A stretch of DNA of 53,723 nucleotides, from positions 1-53,723 of IMG/VR virus record IMGVR_UViG_3300000317_000004. One strand, 5' to 3'. The notes under the pieces are model-generated. The model was given only the letters and a program-made list of their open reading frames with translations. It had not been told where the DNA came from and did not search any database. This document shows, in pieces, positions 53,383 through 53,723 of this stretch. Within the stretch, counting starts at the first letter, position 1. Each line of letters starts with the position of its first letter. Source of the stretch: a virus (taxonomy: Duplodnaviria; Caudoviricetes). The position numbers and the translations under genes are program-made.

Positions 53383-53723
53383 ATGACAAACGAGCAGTTT
53401 AGGTCTCTCCGTCGAGGCAATGTTATACGTGAGGGTTGTTCTGGTACGGCTTACGTCGTAGACGCGCACTATGGTGACTTCGTAATAGCTATGAAATCGA
53501 TGCACGTCAGTAACCCTTCAGAATGGGAATTGTGCGCCTCTGAAAACAGTGGAGCGGTTGCGCTTGATGATGTTCGGGCTATTGTTTTTGGTCGCGGGGA
53601 TAGTGTTACCAAAATGAAAAAAGTGCAAGATCTAAATTATGTTACCGACAGAAATCTTTCCGATGACTTCTGGTCAATCAGGGGGGGGGGGTGGAGTAAT
53701 GGAATAAGTAATTTTATATTTTG
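53383..53723 (+). CDS. Cassette 7 ORF, continues across origin to TGA at 60-62 (119 aa)
   Basis: GGAGG RBS; open frame MTNEQFRSLRRG...NPSEWEL...RGGGW through the G11 tract. Confidence 0.65.
   Translation, partial: MTNEQFRSLRRGNVIREGCSGTAYVVDAHYGDFVIAMKSMHVSNPSEWELCASENSGAVALDDVRAIVFGRGDSVTKMKKVQDLNYVTDRNLSDDFWSIRGGGWSNGISNFIF
53681..53723. repeat. Terminal overlap identical to 1-43
   Basis: Exact match. Confidence 0.97.

Larger units (their letters stand above)
50941..53723 (+). mobile_element. Integron-like cassette array without integrase (cassettes 1-7; continues at 1248-1883)
   Basis: Tandem single-ORF units bounded by G|TT cores at 50940, 51225, 51718, 52033, 52594, 52902, 53341. Confidence 0.88.

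Noticed and set aside
52741-53420. Overlapping and antisense ORFs in the array (52791-53105, 52965-53402, 53159-53389 and similar)
   Set aside because: Shadow frames of GC-richer palindromic DNA, without RBS and crossing cassette borders.
1-53723. Integrase, IntI or CI-type lysogeny module
   Set aside because: No ORF shows tyrosine (R-H-R-Y) or serine recombinase motifs or a CI-like peptidase domain by eye; RecT is a homologous-annealing protein. An HMM search is still needed.
1-53723. tRNA or rRNA genes
   Set aside because: No cloverleaf with T-loop/D-loop consensus noticed in intergenic regions; tRNAscan not run.

Overview
This window is a complete, circularly assembled tailed-phage genome of about 53,680 bp; a 43-bp end overlap closes the circle. 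The tail-tube, chaperone and tape-measure genes with no sheath point to a siphovirus. A leftward early/replication arm (about 4.2-21.1 kb) carries RecT, a 3'-5' exonuclease, an SMC-like ATPase, a radical SAM protein, YopX and a DUF1376-type initiator. A rightward late arm (about 21.4-50.6 kb) carries terminase, portal, MuF-like head protein, homospermidine synthase, scaffold, P22-like coat, tail, fibre-like proteins and an M15 endolysin. The standout feature is an array of nine integron-like gene cassettes at 50941-53723, continuing across the origin at 1248-1883. The cassettes are separated by attC-like hairpins (NNNYAAC...GTTRNNN), and each left core complements the GTT core at the start of the same cassette, which is the signature of G|TT site-specific insertion. 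The cassettes have non-canonical hairpin geometry and about 45-nt segmented terminal inverted repeats, and several ORFs are translated through the hairpin. Cargo includes a clear Tad1-family anti-Thoeris sponge and a Lar-like anti-restriction protein. I recognise no integrase or tyrosine recombinase in the genome, so it looks like a phage counter-defence cassette array serviced by a host recombinase. All protein calls are by eye from motifs; no searches were run.
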